A stretch of DNA of 63,966 nt, the filler included, from Saprolegnia diclina VS20 (taxonomy: Eukaryota): NCBI RefSeq assembly GCF_000281045.1. It is 12 parts of 3 records of this genome, joined end to end, with 100 filler letters (N's around TTAATTAATTAA, not from the genome) between each part and the next. Parts side by side here need not be neighbours in the genome. Positions count along the whole stretch, not along the records: positions 61,739 to 62,771 come from NW_008246141.1; positions 62,872 to 63,966 come from NW_008246149.1; 10 more parts are not named here. The stretch is one strand, 5' to 3'. Under the pieces are notes generated by a model. That model did no database searches. It saw only the letters and a list, made by a program, of their open reading frames with translations, and was not told where the DNA came from. Position numbers and translations under genes: made by a program. Positions 61,739 through 63,966 of this stretch are shown one piece after another (position 1 is the first letter of the stretch; every line of letters starts with the position of its first letter).

Positions 61739-62771
61739 TTGGCCAAGTGCGCAGCAAAGAGTACGTGATCACGAGACGGCACAAGACCGACTGCAGGACG
61801 TGAGTCTGTGCAGGTGGCCTCGTAGTTGTCGGCGCCCGAGAGCCATTCGAGACGATCGAGAGCAATCTCTGGCTGCTCTGGGCATAAAATTGAGCCACTG
61901 ACAGCCCAAATGACTCCTTTCCAAAGGCGCGGCGCTGGTGCAGTACCAGATGTACTCGAGATTGCCATGTACGCATCCGAATGACGTTGTCGAGCGGGTG
62001 CGGCGACGCTGAGAATTGTTTGCACAAACTGTCGAAGCGTCGACGGTACCGTGACATACACCATGTCGATGGACCCAAACGGCCCAAGGAGCGAGGATAC
62101 AAGAGCGTAGTTGGCGCTCCACGGCGGTTGGGGCAGGTACCAATCTTCAATCAAAATATCCTGGAGCGACGCGTTCGAAAAGGCGAAGCGACTGCTGGCG
62201 CGAAGCAGACTTTTATGGCTCATGCTTGTGCGGTTGCTCCAGACGTAGGCAAGGTCGCTGTCCAAGGCCCAATACATGATGTACGACGTTGCACTGGTGA
62301 AGCGAGCGTAGGTCGCCGTCGATTGCAGTGCAAAGCTGTACGCGGCACCGTACGCGTTGACAATGTTGTATGTGGTCGTCAAGCCGATCGACTTGTAGTT
62401 TTGCCACTGCAGCGTATACGATTCAATACCTTTTGACGTCCAATAGGCCACTTCATCGGGGATCGCGAGGTACGGCGGAGTGAACGTCGCTACCAAAGCT
62501 CGACCGGCCTTCGATTGACGTAGCTCAGAGCCAAACCCAATCTCAAATTCTTCGCCCCAGTACATTGTCAGGTTCACATTCCGAAGCAGAGACGCCAAAA
62601 AGACAGCACCGTTACTGACCATTGACTTGCATCGCTCTTGGCGCTTGATCGAGTTGGCCATTTCCCAGGTTTGATCAAAGTCGAGGTAGCAGTACTGCGT
62701 AAAAATCGACGCCGTGTCATACGAGGACATGCTGCGCAGCCCCGCGATCGCGTCACCAATCGCGGTTAGGG
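61739..62771 (-). CDS. Internal fragment of a large membrane protein, same family as 7372-9122
   Basis: Open across the whole contig; TQYCYLDFDQTWEMANS..RQ.RC....NGAVFL.SLLRN, LQWQNYK and GPFGSIDM motifs. Confidence 0.65.
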
Positions 62772-63261
62772 NNNNNNNNNNNNNNNNNNNNNNNNNNNNN
62801 NNNNNNNNNNNNNNNTTAATTAATTAANNNNNNNNNNNNNNNNNNNNNNNNNNNNNNNNNNNNNNNNNNNNTACAGTCATATTCGCTCGAATCTTTGCTA
62901 GTCGTTGTTGATGTCGACGCAATGCAAATGCATCGGGCCAAATTATCGGGCCAGTGCATTCAAAACCAAATGCGCTGGGAAGTCGCAGCTGCACTCCACA
63001 GCACGCTTACGAATGAGGTTGCACCTTTGCATGTGTATCTTGCTGCCACAATGTCTTGTCGACGCACGTGTGACCGTTGGTCGCATACAGTGGTGGGGCA
63101 CTGGGTGTGAGCCTAGCCCACGTCAACACCACTAGGCCGGGACAAGGCGATGTGTGTTTGTATGTTTAGTCCTACGGGAGAAGCCCGTCGATGTGAGACT
63201 GTACAGCCCTTGGCAGCAGTCAGGAGACGTAGCTTAGCTGCCACTTTCCGTTCTGCTTTGC

Positions 63262-63308
63262 AGTACACTAGCCGGTCTTTAGGGAGTACGGCCTCCCTCT
63301 GTCTGGCG
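63262..63308 (+). repeat. Segment homologous to the Gypsy LTR/leader at 7199-7244 (possible related LTR remnant)
   Basis: GGGAGTACGGCCTCCCT(C/T)TGTCTGGCG is identical at 26 of 27 positions, preceded by AGTACAC..GCCGGT in both copies. Confidence 0.55.
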
Positions 63309-63465
63309 GATGTCATGTGTTTGTGTGTCGATGCGAGGGCCAAGGGGACACGTCAAACACTGCTAGGTCGTGCACTGCAGCTGCTTTTCTCACAGCGCAG
63401 GGCCACATTTCGTCATTGGGCCAGAATACCGAGTGTTGAATCATTTTTTCTAGTAGGTTCGGGTA

Positions 63466-63642
63466 TTTGACAAACTGCGTAGCTTTGCTGCCGACCGCGA
63501 CGCCTGGAAAGATTATACCGACCGTGTCGTCCAGTGCCTCACCCGCGGCCACAAGCGTCGCAGGGCGACGACAGAAGAGCCAGACGAGCCCCCGCACCGC
63601 CGCCTGCGCAGCCACGACCCGGCGAGCAAATGAAGAAGAAGG
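63466..63642 (+). mobile_element. Possible 3' fragment of an RTE-like non-LTR retrotransposon
   Basis: Reads FDKLRSFAADRDAWKDYTDRV..., similar to the A.DR..W motif at RTE C-termini; the stop is followed by a (GAA)n run. Confidence 0.35.
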
Positions 63643-63660
63643 AGATTGCTAGTCTTTACG

Positions 63661-63915
63661 TAATGCGAAGTCTTTGTGTAATTATGAAGTTAATGCGAAA
63701 CATTACTCCTCGGTCGTTGGGAGTGATCTGCGCACGGAGAGATCCATCCCGTGGTGGACCCCACTCGTCGAGTCGTAGCTCGCGCGAGGTCGTACGCAGG
63801 CTCCTGTACTCGGATCACTCGACAAAGTGCCGGTGCCAGCTCCCACGCATTCAAGCGTAGCGCTGCGTATGCGAAGTCTTTGTGTGCAATTATGAAGATA
63901 ACGCGGAACACGTTC
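63661..63915 (+). repeat. Imperfect ~45-bp direct repeat pair
   Basis: ATGCGAAGTCTTTGTGT(GC)AATTATGAAG.TAA.GCG.AACA occurs at ~63663 and ~63869. Confidence 0.7.
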
Positions 63916-63966
63916 ATATATAAAAAGGGTGCTTGCGGCCATGACGTTACCTGGAGATGGAGACCA

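Overview
Eukaryotic, GC-rich draft-genome window with short GT-AG introns. The gene families point to an oomycete of the Saprolegniales, probably Saprolegnia (inferred, not searched). The assembly is fragmented by eleven 100-nt N/TTAATTAATTAA linkers and several sized N-gaps. Contents: a Ty3/Gypsy gag-pol; a small ankyrin gene and a ~15-exon ankyrin-DUF4246 fusion, both built from phase-0 exons that the ORF track misses; a DNAAF5/HEATR2-like HEAT protein; a rearranged cluster of degenerate 2OG-Fe(II)-oxygenase-like genes around a secreted Cys-rich gene; a VPS13-family gene with C2, PDZ and PX domains; and ankyrin/LRR genes, pseudogenes and a secreted flavoenzyme. The best candidate for an undescribed system is a cluster of three receptor-like kinases (signal peptide, two SUEL/Gal-lectin domains, one TM helix, TKL kinase). 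Their kinase halves are nearly identical, with sharp boundaries, while their lectin ectodomains have diverged. Two striking non-coding structures are a 232-bp fold-back hairpin with perfect 84-bp arms derived from a neighbouring gene's 3' end (24495-24726) and a three-level nested palindrome (53635-53916). All domain calls are by eye; no database searches were run.
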